From: a virus
Strand: one strand, 5' to 3'
Length of the DNA: 64,000 bases
Virus record (IMG/VR): IMGVR_UViG_3300030110_005581
Below, one piece after another: positions 44,135-53,512 of the stretch. The position numbers and the translations under genes are program-made. The notes below the pieces were generated by a model, which did not search any database, was not told where the DNA came from, and saw only the letters and a program-made list of their open reading frames with translations. The first letter of the stretch is position 1; each line of letters opens with the position of its first letter.

Positions 44135-47100
44135 CTAAATGTTTATGTGTGCGAACCCTTCTTTCTTATCAATGACAATCTGTTGGTCTACACAATCTTT
44201 CAAACTATCAAGATGAGATATCAAAATAACAGTTTTGAAGTATGACTTAATTAGTTCCAAAATAGAAATAAATCCATCCATATTATCTGCGTCTAAGGCA
44301 GTTCCTGGTTCATCAAGAATAAAAACATCTGACTTTGGCAAACTAGAAACTGAAAGCAATGCTAGGCGAATGGCCATGGCAGCGATGGTTTTTTCAGCGC
44401 CGCTTCCCATTTCAATAGGTCTAGGCTCATGTCTTGGGTGCTTAATGAAAATCTTCATATGCTTGCCATCATTTTCAAAAAACACTTCAAAGTCAACCAC
44501 ATTGGCGATTACTTTTGCAATCTCATTATTAATGATGGGCAGCTTTCTTTTAATGATATCGTATGATATGCCATTTGTGTGCATACACCTCATAAACAAA
44601 TCATAAGCTGAATAATCTTCTCTTAGAGTTTGTAGCTCTTCTTTTTGTTCTTGCAGAGACTTCAGCTTTTGCTCCAAAGAGCCATGTTCTTTATAGAACC
44701 CCATAAGGATATTCTGGCACCCTTTCAGCTCTTTTTCCTTATTTGAATAAAGCTTCTTTTGTTCTTTCAGCTGCCTAATGAACGATTCTTTGTTTTCAAT
44801 GATCTCTTTGTTTTCATGATAAAGATCTTTTTGGCTCTCCAGATCTTCGATATCTGAATTGATAGACTTCAAGTTGACTTCGCTTCTTTCTATTTCAACC
44901 TTTATCTTTGAGATCTCAAGGTCCGAAGCCTCTTTCTTATCAAGAACTTCTTTATATTTCTTCAGGTAGTCTTCAATCTGCTCAGGGTTTAATTCCCTCA
45001 CCTCAACATCAATAACTTTCGCCTCTTTATCCAAGCTCGTAGCCTTCTCCAACAAGTCAGAAATGCCGCTAGAGGCTTTATGTGCATCGCAAATAAACTT
45101 ACAATTTGGGAATTTGGTACCACAAGGCACCTCTTTTAAGAGTTCAATGCGCTTCTCTTTTACTTCCTTTTCCCTCTCAATAGATTCGATCTCATCGGTA
45201 ATTCCCTTTAGTGCTAGCAGTTTTTCAGCAACTTTGCTTTGCTTTTCATGTAACTCTTCAGTATTAAAGTTTGAAATAAAATTATCAATTTTTTTGACAA
45301 GAGTTTCTTTTTCTGAGAGCATTCCCTGAAAGCTTGCCATCGCTTCGTATATTTCAAAACGCTGCCTTGTTCTTTCGTCAAGCATCGCACTGACAGCCGA
45401 TATATCAATTAAATCTGTTGGTATAGAGTCAATTGACTTTTGTATCTCATCCGAAGAAGATTGTATTTCTGTCAATTCCACCTTAAGAGTTTCGCAACTT
45501 TCGGAGTGATCTCTCGTGGAAGCTTCATTAAAAATGATCTCCTTTTCTACATTAAAGATATCTTCATCAAACTCTTTACCCTCCAATCTTTTTAGGGCTC
45601 CGCGCAAATCAGTGACATCTTCTTTAGCCAATTTAAACTTCTTATCAAACATTTCCAAATCAAGAAACTTTGCCAAGATTTCTTTTCTGCGCGTAGAGCC
45701 CTCACCAATAAATTGCAGGGCTCCAAGCTGAGAAGACATTGACGTCATAAGAAAGTCGTCAAAAGTTCCAAAGTGCTTTCTAATGATTTTATCTGTTTCA
45801 CTACGAGTGGTGCCATTAACGCTCTTGATCTCATCCATAACGATATCATGGCACTCAAAATTTAAATCCGTCTTGGCCTCTAGTGTCTGTTCCCCTTTAA
45901 GCTTCTTTATGTATTTATCAGCTCTTCTTTCAATGGTATACTTTTTGTCTCCAACTGAGATGTGCACTTTTCCGGATCCGAACTCTTTATTCTGGTTGAT
46001 GATGTTGAGGTTCTTCCGCTCGTTTTTACTAGTAGAATTGAATAAAGCAAACAAAATGCTATCAATAACACTAGATTTGCCAGAAAAGTTTTTACCGAAG
46101 ATGCCAACGATTCCAGAGATCTTCTGAAAATCAATTACATTTCCCTCCCCATAGTTAAAGAGATTGTCCCACTCAATTTTGTCAAGCTTCCAGTTAATAT
46201 TTCTGCCAACTTCTTCATTCTCCTCCACAACGGCATTGTATTTTGAATTAAGCTTTAAGACCCTCTCAACCAATTCTTCGTCTGGCTGAAAGTCCTTGAT
46301 ATATTCTCTTATTAGTTCTTCTTGTACAGCTACGTCCCTGAGATTGTCGTTCTGTAGACCATCAGCATATTCATCAATATTGCCGCGCTCACCAGACGCC
46401 CTGTTCAAGAAAGTAATGCTTTCAGGCTTAAAGCGATGTTTTGCCACCTCAACAGCCTTCTTCATAGTACTTAGTGGCAAGTTGTTGTTAGACACCAAGC
46501 GAACTCGTGCGCCTGGTGGGATTTCAATTTTATTTGGCATCCGACCCTTCGGGGTTAGCTCGATCGTAATGAACGGCTTTGGGTTCTTAAGTACGTGATG
46601 CTTGCATGTGAAATTATCCGCGTCTTTGATGTCCCAAATCAAAAATCCTTTGTCGTTTGTCTCGCCATGATTTTGCTGGATTGTCGAACCAGCATAGCGA
46701 ATTCGACCATCATGATCTAATACTTGATTTGTTTTGTGTATATCTCCCAAAAAGGCAAACTGATGTCCTTTAAAAATAGATATATCATCTTCCCCATGCT
46801 CCATAATCCACCCCAAATCAGTGCGACTATTACAAATAGCGCCATGGTACAGAGCAACATTGATTTTTGTATCATCGGTAGGTTCCACCCAATTATCCCG
46901 ATCAAACACACTAAGAACGTTAAGTACATAATTTCCATCTAATTTGGTCTCCCCGCTGTCTTTCAGCAGATACAGGTCTGGGTGATCTAACGCCTCGACT
47001 ACGGGCGTAATAGCATCTTGCCTGCTGCTGTTTTTAAGGTTCCCATCATGATTCCCCAGAATTACGTAAGTAGGGGCAATGGACGCCAAAGAGGCCAAAA

Positions 47101-47287
47101 AACTGGAGCATAGATCAAAGAACTCTGGTGAGAGTTGTGTCTTTGTATGGGCTATGTCCCCGCAATGAATAATGTAATCCACCTTTTCTTTACGCAGTTT
47201 TTTATAGAGCTGCTCGAACACTTCTTTGTATTCAAAGTGGTATTTTAAATTTTTGATGTGCGTATCTGCAATGTGTGCAAACTTCAT
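44135..47287 (-). CDS. fused Mre11/SbcD nuclease - Rad50/SbcC ATPase (gp47-gp46 fusion)
   Basis: HIADTH, HCGDIAH, LGNHD, GDIH metallophosphoesterase motifs; then Walker A GKNFSGKSS, coiled coil, signature MGSGAEK, Walker B FILDEP, ISH. Confidence 0.92.
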   Translation of the reverse strand: MKFAHIADTHIKNLKYHFEYKEVFEQLYKKLRKEKVDYIIHCGDIAHTKTQLSPEFFDLCSSFLASLASIAPTYVILGNHDGNLKNSSRQDAITPVVEALDHPDLYLLKDSGETKLDGNYVLNVLSVFDRDNWVEPTDDTKINVALYHGAICNSRTDLGWIMEHGEDDISIFKGHQFAFLGDIHKTNQVLDHDGRIRYAGSTIQQNHGETNDKGFLIWDIKDADNFTCKHHVLKNPKPFITIELTPKGRMPNKIEIPPGARVRLVSNNNLPLSTMKKAVEVAKHRFKPESITFLNRASGERGNIDEYADGLQNDNLRDVAVQEELIREYIKDFQPDEELVERVLKLNSKYNAVVEENEEVGRNINWKLDKIEWDNLFNYGEGNVIDFQKISGIVGIFGKNFSGKSSVIDSILFALFNSTSKNERKNLNIINQNKEFGSGKVHISVGDKKYTIERRADKYIKKLKGEQTLEAKTDLNFECHDIVMDEIKSVNGTTRSETDKIIRKHFGTFDDFLMTSMSSQLGALQFIGEGSTRRKEILAKFLDLEMFDKKFKLAKEDVTDLRGALKRLEGKEFDEDIFNVEKEIIFNEASTRDHSESCETLKVELTEIQSSSDEIQKSIDSIPTDLIDISAVSAMLDERTRQRFEIYEAMASFQGMLSEKETLVKKIDNFISNFNTEELHEKQSKVAEKLLALKGITDEIESIEREKEVKEKRIELLKEVPCGTKFPNCKFICDAHKASSGISDLLEKATSLDKEAKVIDVEVRELNPEQIEDYLKKYKEVLDKKEASDLEISKIKVEIERSEVNLKSINSDIEDLESQKDLYHENKEIIENKESFIRQLKEQKKLYSNKEKELKGCQNILMGFYKEHGSLEQKLKSLQEQKEELQTLREDYSAYDLFMRCMHTNGISYDIIKRKLPIINNEIAKVIANVVDFEVFFENDGKHMKIFIKHPRHEPRPIEMGSGAEKTIAAMAIRLALLSVSSLPKSDVFILDEPGTALDADNMDGFISILELIKSYFKTVILISHLDSLKDCVDQQIVIDKKEGFAHINI
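44248..44255 (-). promoter_or_regulatory. putative late motif ACTAATTA inside the 3' end of the nuclease-ATPase gene
   Basis: taattagt 124 nt upstream of the lysis/fibre block. Confidence 0.4.
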
Positions 47288-47305
47288 ATTAATCCTATTA
47301 AATCC

Positions 47306-48925
47306 TTATATATTATTTTTTTCAACCATCAAGCCACAGTCTACAAAATAAAGAAAATCAATATCTGTACCTAAAAAGCATTTTATGGCGTCTTCTGGCG
47401 TCTCAACAATGGGCTCCCTGTCGTTAAAGCTAGTATTTAGAATGACGGGGACACCAGATTTTCTTTCCCATTTTTTTAAGAAGCTATAGTACCACTCATT
47501 ATCATTCTCTGTAACAGTTTGTAGACGAGCAGAGCCGTCAAAATGAACAACTGCGGGTATTTCTTTTCTTTTATCTTCTTTTATTTTAAAAACAAACGAC
47601 ATGTAGGGGCTTTGATGGTCTGTTTCAAACCAATCTTTTACTCTTTCTCTCAAAATAGAAGGTGCAAAAGGACGATACCACTGTCTGTGTTTGACTTTTT
47701 CATTGATTAAGTCTTTCATTTCTTTTCTTCGTGGGTCGGCCAATATACTCCTATTGCCTAGAGCGCGTCGGCCAGACTCACTACCTTTGGAAAAGACAGA
47801 CACAATCATTCCCTCATCCAAAAGGTTTATCAATTCATCAACATTACTTTTTTTAAATTTTACATTTTTTTCAGAATTTAGTGCATTTAAAATTACCTCC
47901 TCACTGTATGTGTGCCCCAAATAAGGAGTGAAATTATCATCCCACTTAATTCTAGGATTTCTTAGAACAGAATGCCATACCCACTGGGCCGAACCTATAG
48001 CTAGGCCAGCATCATATGGAACTGGACAAACATAAACATTGTCGAATCTATCGCCATACCACTCTGTCAATATCTTTCCAGTCATAACAGAATTCAAAAT
48101 AACTCCACCAGCTAGACATAAATTTCTAGATGTTGTGTGCTCAAGAATATTATCGACAATTTCTTTGAAGACAGTCTCTGTCGCCTTTTGCAGGGCGGCC
48201 GCAATATCAAAACAATTTTGTTCTGATTCTTTTGCCAAGCCCCTAAGCTTATCCCATGGAAAATTTTTAGCGCCACAAAATCGATTATTGTAAAAAAGAT
48301 CAAAATGCTTTGAAGGGTCTCCCATGCAGGCCATGGCCATTACTGACCCACACTGGTTTCCTTTTGGATACCCTCTCGATAACCCAAATATTTGCTCAGT
48401 ACACAAAGACCACATCATCCCAATATTCAAGCTATTTTCAACAGTCGTTGAGTCCCTTAAATACATTATTGGCGCAATGTCTAAATTATCACCCCGCCAG
48501 GCAGTGAATGTTCCGGGAACGCATTCTTTATCGGCGGCCACCACATCAAAGCCGCCGCCGTCCACCGTAATAATCAATGCATCGTTAAAATTGCTAGAAA
48601 AGAAAGCATTGGCGGCGTGAGACTGGTGGTGGCCCGGGCAATGAAATTGACCTTCGTTCCTTTCTACTAAATCATAAACCTTATTGATCGATTCTTTGTA
48701 GGCGAGGCCGAAGTGTCTTTTGCTGGGCGGCTCAAAAACATGAGCAAAGTGTTTTATGTCTGCCCACTCAGACTCAGGGAGATCCTCCATCATCAGATCA
48801 AATACATCGCCCATGGGCTCTTTTAAGCGAATATACCTTTCAAGCTCGGCATGGATGACTGGTCGGCCATTTTCTAAAATGGCATATGCCGCATCATGAT
48901 TGCTGTGAAATCCTGCTATTTTCAT
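47306..48925 (-). CDS. carbamoyltransferase (NodU/CmcH/TobZ family)
   Basis: HDAAY..., AELERY.RLK, GHHQSHAANAF, VDGGG, LAGGVILN, DAGLAIG, GRRALGNRSILADP, KHRQWYRPFAPS, VHFDGSARLQTV, LNTSFN. Confidence 0.93.
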   Translation of the reverse strand: MKIAGFHSNHDAAYAILENGRPVIHAELERYIRLKEPMGDVFDLMMEDLPESEWADIKHFAHVFEPPSKRHFGLAYKESINKVYDLVERNEGQFHCPGHHQSHAANAFFSSNFNDALIITVDGGGFDVVAADKECVPGTFTAWRGDNLDIAPIMYLRDSTTVENSLNIGMMWSLCTEQIFGLSRGYPKGNQCGSVMAMACMGDPSKHFDLFYNNRFCGAKNFPWDKLRGLAKESEQNCFDIAAALQKATETVFKEIVDNILEHTTSRNLCLAGGVILNSVMTGKILTEWYGDRFDNVYVCPVPYDAGLAIGSAQWVWHSVLRNPRIKWDDNFTPYLGHTYSEEVILNALNSEKNVKFKKSNVDELINLLDEGMIVSVFSKGSESGRRALGNRSILADPRRKEMKDLINEKVKHRQWYRPFAPSILRERVKDWFETDHQSPYMSFVFKIKEDKRKEIPAVVHFDGSARLQTVTENDNEWYYSFLKKWERKSGVPVILNTSFNDREPIVETPEDAIKCFLGTDIDFLYFVDCGLMVEKNNI

Positions 48926-49027
48926 TATTTTTCCTTTTTGAGTCTACAAATTTAAGCCGGCTAGCTCAACAGTCAATGATCTGCCTTGAGAGTCACTTTT
49001 ATTGGTCGCGCTTTAATATGCATATAT

Positions 49028-49057
49028 ATAATAACACATTCTCTCATGTGTTGTCAA
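49028..49057 (-). promoter_or_regulatory. sigma70-like promoter TTGACA-N18-TATTAT (extended -10)
   Basis: tgtcaa 49052-49057, ataata 49028-49033. Confidence 0.65.
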
Positions 49058-49067
49058 CAGTTTTTTT

Positions 49068-49098
49068 ATTGATGGGCAGAAAAAATCTGCCCATCAAT
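49068..49098. repeat. perfect 13-bp inverted repeat just after the hsp20 stop
   Basis: ATTGATGGGCAGA-AAAAA-TCTGCCCATCAAT; no U-tract follows on either strand. Confidence 0.8.
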
Positions 49099-49104
49099 GT
49101 TATC

Positions 49105-49536
49105 TCACTTAATGCCAATTCTAAAAGGTTCTGCTTCCGGTCGTGGAGGCACTTCCAATCTCAAGAGGCCATCTTTAAATTCCGCTTTCACACTTTTAAG
49201 ATCTAAATTATTGTCATAATTGACATAGGTCTTGTGAAAGGCTCGACGCGCGATCCTGCGAGATTTAAAGTTTGGTGTCTCCTCATCGCCGTGCGAATCT
49301 GAAGAGACGTGAATCTCCATCTTTTCAGGCAAAACTTCGACATGCAAGTTCTCTTTTTTAAACCCAGCAAGTGCAAATTCCATAACCGTGTTTCCCGAAT
49401 CATCTCGATAAATATCTGCGACGGGATAACCTTCGGTGGTACGCTGCACCCAGGTGTTTGGCATTGAATTAAAAATATCATCAAAAACGTTCCAGCCAAG
49501 AACGCTCGTTCGGTAGTTACTAATTCCAGTACTCAT
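49105..49536 (-). CDS. hsp20: small heat shock protein (Hsp20/alpha-crystallin)
   Basis: GYPVADIY, EFALAGFKKE, RRIARRAFHK, AEFKDGLLRLEVP; start MSTG at 49536 with AAGGAG RBS. Confidence 0.93.
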   Translation of the reverse strand: MSTGISNYRTSVLGWNVFDDIFNSMPNTWVQRTTEGYPVADIYRDDSGNTVMEFALAGFKKENLHVEVLPEKMEIHVSSDSHGDEETPNFKSRRIARRAFHKTYVNYDNNLDLKSVKAEFKDGLLRLEVPPRPEAEPFRIGIK

Positions 49537-49600
49537 AATTTTCTCCTTCTTAAGCAAGTACAAATTGAATATTCCTTACGGCAACATTCAACTCCATACA

Positions 49601-49628
49601 AGTATAACAACTAAAATTTATTTGTCAA
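49601..49628 (-). promoter_or_regulatory. sigma70-like promoter TTGACA-N16-TATACT (extended -10) for hsp20
   Basis: tgtcaa 49623-49628, agtata 49601-49606; leader hairpin 49565-49591. Confidence 0.65.
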
Positions 49629-49629
49629 G

Positions 49630-50562
49630 TTATATTTGCATTATTTTTTGTATTAATAATGTGGATTCATCAAAAAGAACTGCCTCGGCCTTTCTTTCCT
49701 CAAACTCTTCTTTTGTCATAATTCCCACATCTTCATACCCAGAAGTGTTTATTTTATATACATCCACTCCGTATGAATTAAGCACGTTAACGATGTTTAA
49801 AGCCTTCTTCTCGGCATCTTGGTCCAGAGCCATGTAAACCTCGTTAGAATGCGTTAGAAGTGCCTTAAACAGGCGAGAATAAGGACTCAGGGTTGAACCC
49901 AAAAGAGGGATAGAATTATCCGCGTTTATGGCATCGAAGGCACCTTCTACCAAAACGACCGGCTTATCCCAATCAACCCACAATTCATTAAATACAATGT
50001 TTTTTGAAGCTGGAGGGTTCTTATATTTTAGCCAATCCTGTCTATAAGTCCTAGCAACGAAATAGTTGCAATGTCCATCCAGATTAAAAGAGGGTATAAT
50101 AATTCTGTTCTTATACTCACCTGATTCACAATATCCAATTTTCCACCTCAATATATCATAACTTGTTACGCCTCGTTTTTTAAGATATTTTAAAGGCTCT
50201 CGCGATGATGCGGGCAAATCTTTGTTGGCGAGGCAAATATATTCTGCCGGCAGGGAAATTCTCTGCTCTTGCTCAAAGGCTTCCTCTTGTTGGAAAAGAT
50301 TATCAAAATCTGAGATGTCAACCTTTTCAAAGAAATTTCCCCAAGCTTTGCGGTGGTGATAATTTCCGAACCTTTTAACCAGATAGAATATATTCCTACC
50401 GCTAGAGTCGCAAACCCAACACTTGTAAGAGTTCTTAGAGATGTTTACCGACATCTTCTTTTTGTGATGATTACAAAAAGGGCACGCAAAGAGGTGCTCA
50501 TCGTTTGATCGATAAAAACTTCCCAACACCTCTTCTAATATTTCAAGCTTCTCAGAATCCAT
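49630..50562 (-). CDS. DNA primase (gp61/DnaG-like; Zn finger plus TOPRIM)
   Basis: CPFCNHH...CWVC zinc finger; RIIIPSF, VLVEGAFDA, ALDQDA TOPRIM motifs. Confidence 0.88.
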   Translation of the reverse strand: MDSEKLEILEEVLGSFYRSNDEHLFACPFCNHHKKKMSVNISKNSYKCWVCDSSGRNIFYLVKRFGNYHHRKAWGNFFEKVDISDFDNLFQQEEAFEQEQRISLPAEYICLANKDLPASSREPLKYLKKRGVTSYDILRWKIGYCESGEYKNRIIIPSFNLDGHCNYFVARTYRQDWLKYKNPPASKNIVFNELWVDWDKPVVLVEGAFDAINADNSIPLLGSTLSPYSRLFKALLTHSNEVYMALDQDAEKKALNIVNVLNSYGVDVYKINTSGYEDVGIMTKEEFEERKAEAVLFDESTLLIQKIMQI

Positions 50563-50568
50563 AGAGAT

Positions 50569-50597
50569 AATCTAACAGAAACAAAAACAAAAGTCAA
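50569..50597 (-). promoter_or_regulatory. sigma70-like promoter TTGACT-N17-TAGATT, probably leaderless primase mRNA
   Basis: agtcaa 50592-50597, aatcta 50569-50574; ATG 6 nt after the -10, no SD. Confidence 0.55.
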
Positions 50598-51109
50598 GAA
50601 CTTTTAATATGGCCGGCCATGGCTACTACCCAACTATCAGCTTTATCGTAGCAGTGTGGCTTTACATTATTGTGCTTTGTATATTCAATTTCAATTTGTG
50701 GTACGTTCTTGAGTATATGCTCAATAACAACTTGCTTTGCTTTTGTTCCGCGAGGAACTGTGATGCCGCAGGCTTTTCTGGCTGATATTGCTGCTATGTA
50801 CTGTGGTTCAGTCTGCAATATTCTATATACCAGCCATGACACCACCCCATTAAAACGAGCAAGAGTTGACAGAGTTTTAGCCGAAGAGAATCCAGATCTG
50901 AAAGATTGGAGAGATTGTTCGATATATACTCTCTCGATTCCATTACATTTGCTACAAAGCTCTTTAATATTTTTCTCAACATGTGTTACCTTCTCAAAGA
51001 AATTTTTAAATTTTCTAGTATCCCACGCTTCGTTATATATTATGTTACCCTCGTCATCTAAAACGGTGGCTCCAGTTATGCTTGTGGATACATCTAATCC
51101 TAAAATCAT
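50594..51109 (-). CDS. ruvC: RuvC-like Holliday junction resolvase
   Basis: ILGLDVSTSITG, VYIEQ, LARFNG, ARKACG, DKADSWVVA. Confidence 0.85.
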   Translation of the reverse strand: MILGLDVSTSITGATVLDDEGNIIYNEAWDTRKFKNFFEKVTHVEKNIKELCSKCNGIERVYIEQSLQSFRSGFSSAKTLSTLARFNGVVSWLVYRILQTEPQYIAAISARKACGITVPRGTKAKQVVIEHILKNVPQIEIEYTKHNNVKPHCYDKADSWVVAMAGHIKSS

Positions 51110-51110
51110 T

Positions 51111-52319
51111 TTATATGTCTAACTTTACTTTAAAAGTGTATGCGAGATCTTCAAGTTTTTTAACTGGCGTTGCTAGTTTTACGGTGCCAATTAATTTTCT
51201 TTGATCATCGAATATACCTATTGTACTAATAAATGTCTGCTTTTTAAAGGAAGAAGAATAATTGCATATTGAACTGCTTATGGTATTCTTAATTGGGATT
51301 GCGCCATTTTCAGAAAAAGATGAACTGCCGAAATTAAACAAACCTTCAGAAGAAGCGCTTTGATATAGTTTGTATGTAGGGTTACTTGAGTGGTTGAGCA
51401 TTCCCTTTGGCGCTGTCATATACATGTCTGTGGTTGTAACTTCGTTTGTGCCCCTAAACTCCATTCTAAAGCTAGCTGATGGCGCTAAATTATTGTCACC
51501 GCTATCATTGGCGCCAGCTGCAAAATCACACCATTGAGCTTTTCTTGTTGCATAGGTGAAATTGTATGTGGCTGGTGTTAAGTCCCAACTTCCGGTTAGT
51601 ACAACAAACCCCTCATTATATAACACAACGCCGGCCACAGAGTTAGAGCCGTTCGTTTGTGCGTATGTATCTCCAGCAGTCTGTATTAATTCCCCATTCT
51701 TGTTTCTGTCTGTCAATTGAGCGACCATAGCTCCAGATATAAAAAACTGTAAGTTTACAGAGCCAGGTTTTATTCCACTGTCAAAAAAGATAGAAGGAAT
51801 ACTCACTAGATTAATTTCTTGTGTGTTTTTATTGCCATAAGAAGAGGAATACGCATAGTGCTCACTTAAATACGTGTAATAGTTTAAAGTGTTTCTTAGG
51901 CCGGAAATATGACGTCGAGTGGCGCCAGAGGCAAATCTTTGCCTGCTAATGCTAGCAGACAAGGGATAAGAGCCGGTAATAACATCGCCATACTGATAAG
52001 ATGTGTTGTATGTAGCATCTGTAATGGTACCAATAGAATTAAATCCGCCATCTTTGGTCGTGAACGGGAAAATTATAGCCTTGACACCACCACCTGCATC
52101 TGGGTCGTAAGTGTGTGCGCTCAAATTTCGATCAATATTCAACTCATACAAACTAACGTGGCCGGTCGGGACCATAGTCACATTATTGTTATAGGCACCA
52201 CTTATGGCGCTCAAAGAGTTTAAATATATACTGCCACTTATAACATCAAAAACATACTGAGGGTGTGTTTTTAAAGTGTTGCGAAGAATGTTTTTGTCTT
52301 CAAACTTATAGTATGGCAT
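51111..52319 (-). CDS. putative virion (baseplate/fibre-attachment) protein, paralogue A
   Basis: C-terminal TFISTIGIFDDQRKLIGTVKLATPVKK..TFKVKLDI resembles the tail-collar/fibre-anchor C-terminal half; shared with the neighbour. Confidence 0.55.
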   Translation of the reverse strand: MPYYKFEDKNILRNTLKTHPQYVFDVISGSIYLNSLSAISGAYNNNVTMVPTGHVSLYELNIDRNLSAHTYDPDAGGGVKAIIFPFTTKDGGFNSIGTITDATYNTSYQYGDVITGSYPLSASISRQRFASGATRRHISGLRNTLNYYTYLSEHYAYSSSYGNKNTQEINLVSIPSIFFDSGIKPGSVNLQFFISGAMVAQLTDRNKNGELIQTAGDTYAQTNGSNSVAGVVLYNEGFVVLTGSWDLTPATYNFTYATRKAQWCDFAAGANDSGDNNLAPSASFRMEFRGTNEVTTTDMYMTAPKGMLNHSSNPTYKLYQSASSEGLFNFGSSSFSENGAIPIKNTISSSICNYSSSFKKQTFISTIGIFDDQRKLIGTVKLATPVKKLEDLAYTFKVKLDI

Positions 52320-52324
52320 AACAT

Positions 52325-53500
52325 TTAATAATCCAACCTCACGCGCAGAGTCAACTCATTGCTTGGAGTTTTCTTCAGCGGTTCAGAAACTTTAGCGACT
52401 GCTAAGAGTTCATTGTTTGGAGAGTAAAGCCCAACAGTTGTGAAGTAAGATACTGGCTGAGCGAATGGATTATTTCCTTTAACTCGAATTTTGCTAGCAG
52501 TTAGGTACGTCGGGTTGGAAGAGTAATTATAATCTCCAGTGTTTGCTCGACAGAAATAAATCGTCGAATTTAATTCAGTAGTATTATTAAACTGCACATT
52601 GACCAATCTGTTTCTCAGGCCATTTGCAAAAGTATCAATACTAGATTGTGACAGGGCGCTTCCAATTGTAGTGGTGACGCCTGGGATACCCCATGATGGT
52701 GCCTGCACATCTGAATACCCAGTAGCCTTCGGACTGTGCGGGGTGAAATTTTTGCGCTCGGATGGGCCATAAAAGGCAAAAGGACTGATAACTGCAATTC
52801 CGGCCTGGTAATATATGTGACCCATCGCGGGATTAGCAGCAGTGCCTATATCTGTTGATGCCGTATACAACAATCCATACTCTCCAGTTGGCGAGTTTAC
52901 TAAAAAGCTAGAAGAGGCGCCATGGTCGGCCAGCGTCAGAGTGTCTGTTCGAACCGACGTAGTGCCACCACTTAAGAAAGTCATGGAGAACCCACCTTTC
53001 TTGATTTCATCTTTCGTTAAGAGTCGAGAAAAATTAACAAAGATTGCTTCATAAAACTTTCTGTTGGCTGCTGTGTGCCCGTTACCGGTATCATTCAAGT
53101 TACCGTCTTGGTCAAAAGCTCTAATATTGCCGCTTATATCATAAGGCATTAAAACTTGAGCCATTTGGTCATAAATGTTTCTTTTCTTTGTATACTGAGC
53201 GGCTGCGGAAAAGGCGGCTTCGCTAATTACTGAGCCTACGCCGGCACCATTGACGGTGCCGTCGACGCCAATCGAGGAGGAGGCAGCTAGGCCAACAGTA
53301 ATATCAAAAATATGATTCGCAGAAGAACTCAAGAACGGATAGTCATATACCGACTGAAACATTCCATGTGCATATGTTTTGATATTATTATCAGAGTATG
53401 TCCCAGAAGCAATTGTTCCTGTAATTGGAATAGCCTCATGGAGTAGCGTTCTAGTGGTTGCTACGTCGTTGTTCATAAATGTCTTAAATGTGGTTGCCAT
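52325..53500 (-). CDS. putative virion protein, paralogue B
   Basis: C-terminal YFTTVGLYSPNNELLAVAKVSEPLKKTPSNELTLRVRLDY; FNYSSNPTY motif shared with paralogue A. Confidence 0.55.
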   Translation of the reverse strand: MATTFKTFMNNDVATTRTLLHEAIPITGTIASGTYSDNNIKTYAHGMFQSVYDYPFLSSSANHIFDITVGLAASSSIGVDGTVNGAGVGSVISEAAFSAAAQYTKKRNIYDQMAQVLMPYDISGNIRAFDQDGNLNDTGNGHTAANRKFYEAIFVNFSRLLTKDEIKKGGFSMTFLSGGTTSVRTDTLTLADHGASSSFLVNSPTGEYGLLYTASTDIGTAANPAMGHIYYQAGIAVISPFAFYGPSERKNFTPHSPKATGYSDVQAPSWGIPGVTTTIGSALSQSSIDTFANGLRNRLVNVQFNNTTELNSTIYFCRANTGDYNYSSNPTYLTASKIRVKGNNPFAQPVSYFTTVGLYSPNNELLAVAKVSEPLKKTPSNELTLRVRLDY

Positions 53501-53512
53501 ATTTTTCCTTCC

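Noticed and set aside
48926-49027. Possible leader peptide (MHIKARPIKVTLKADH) or ncRNA upstream of the carbamoyltransferase
   Set aside because: ATG is too close to the -10 box, there is no RBS, and only a weak hairpin is present; cannot be supported.
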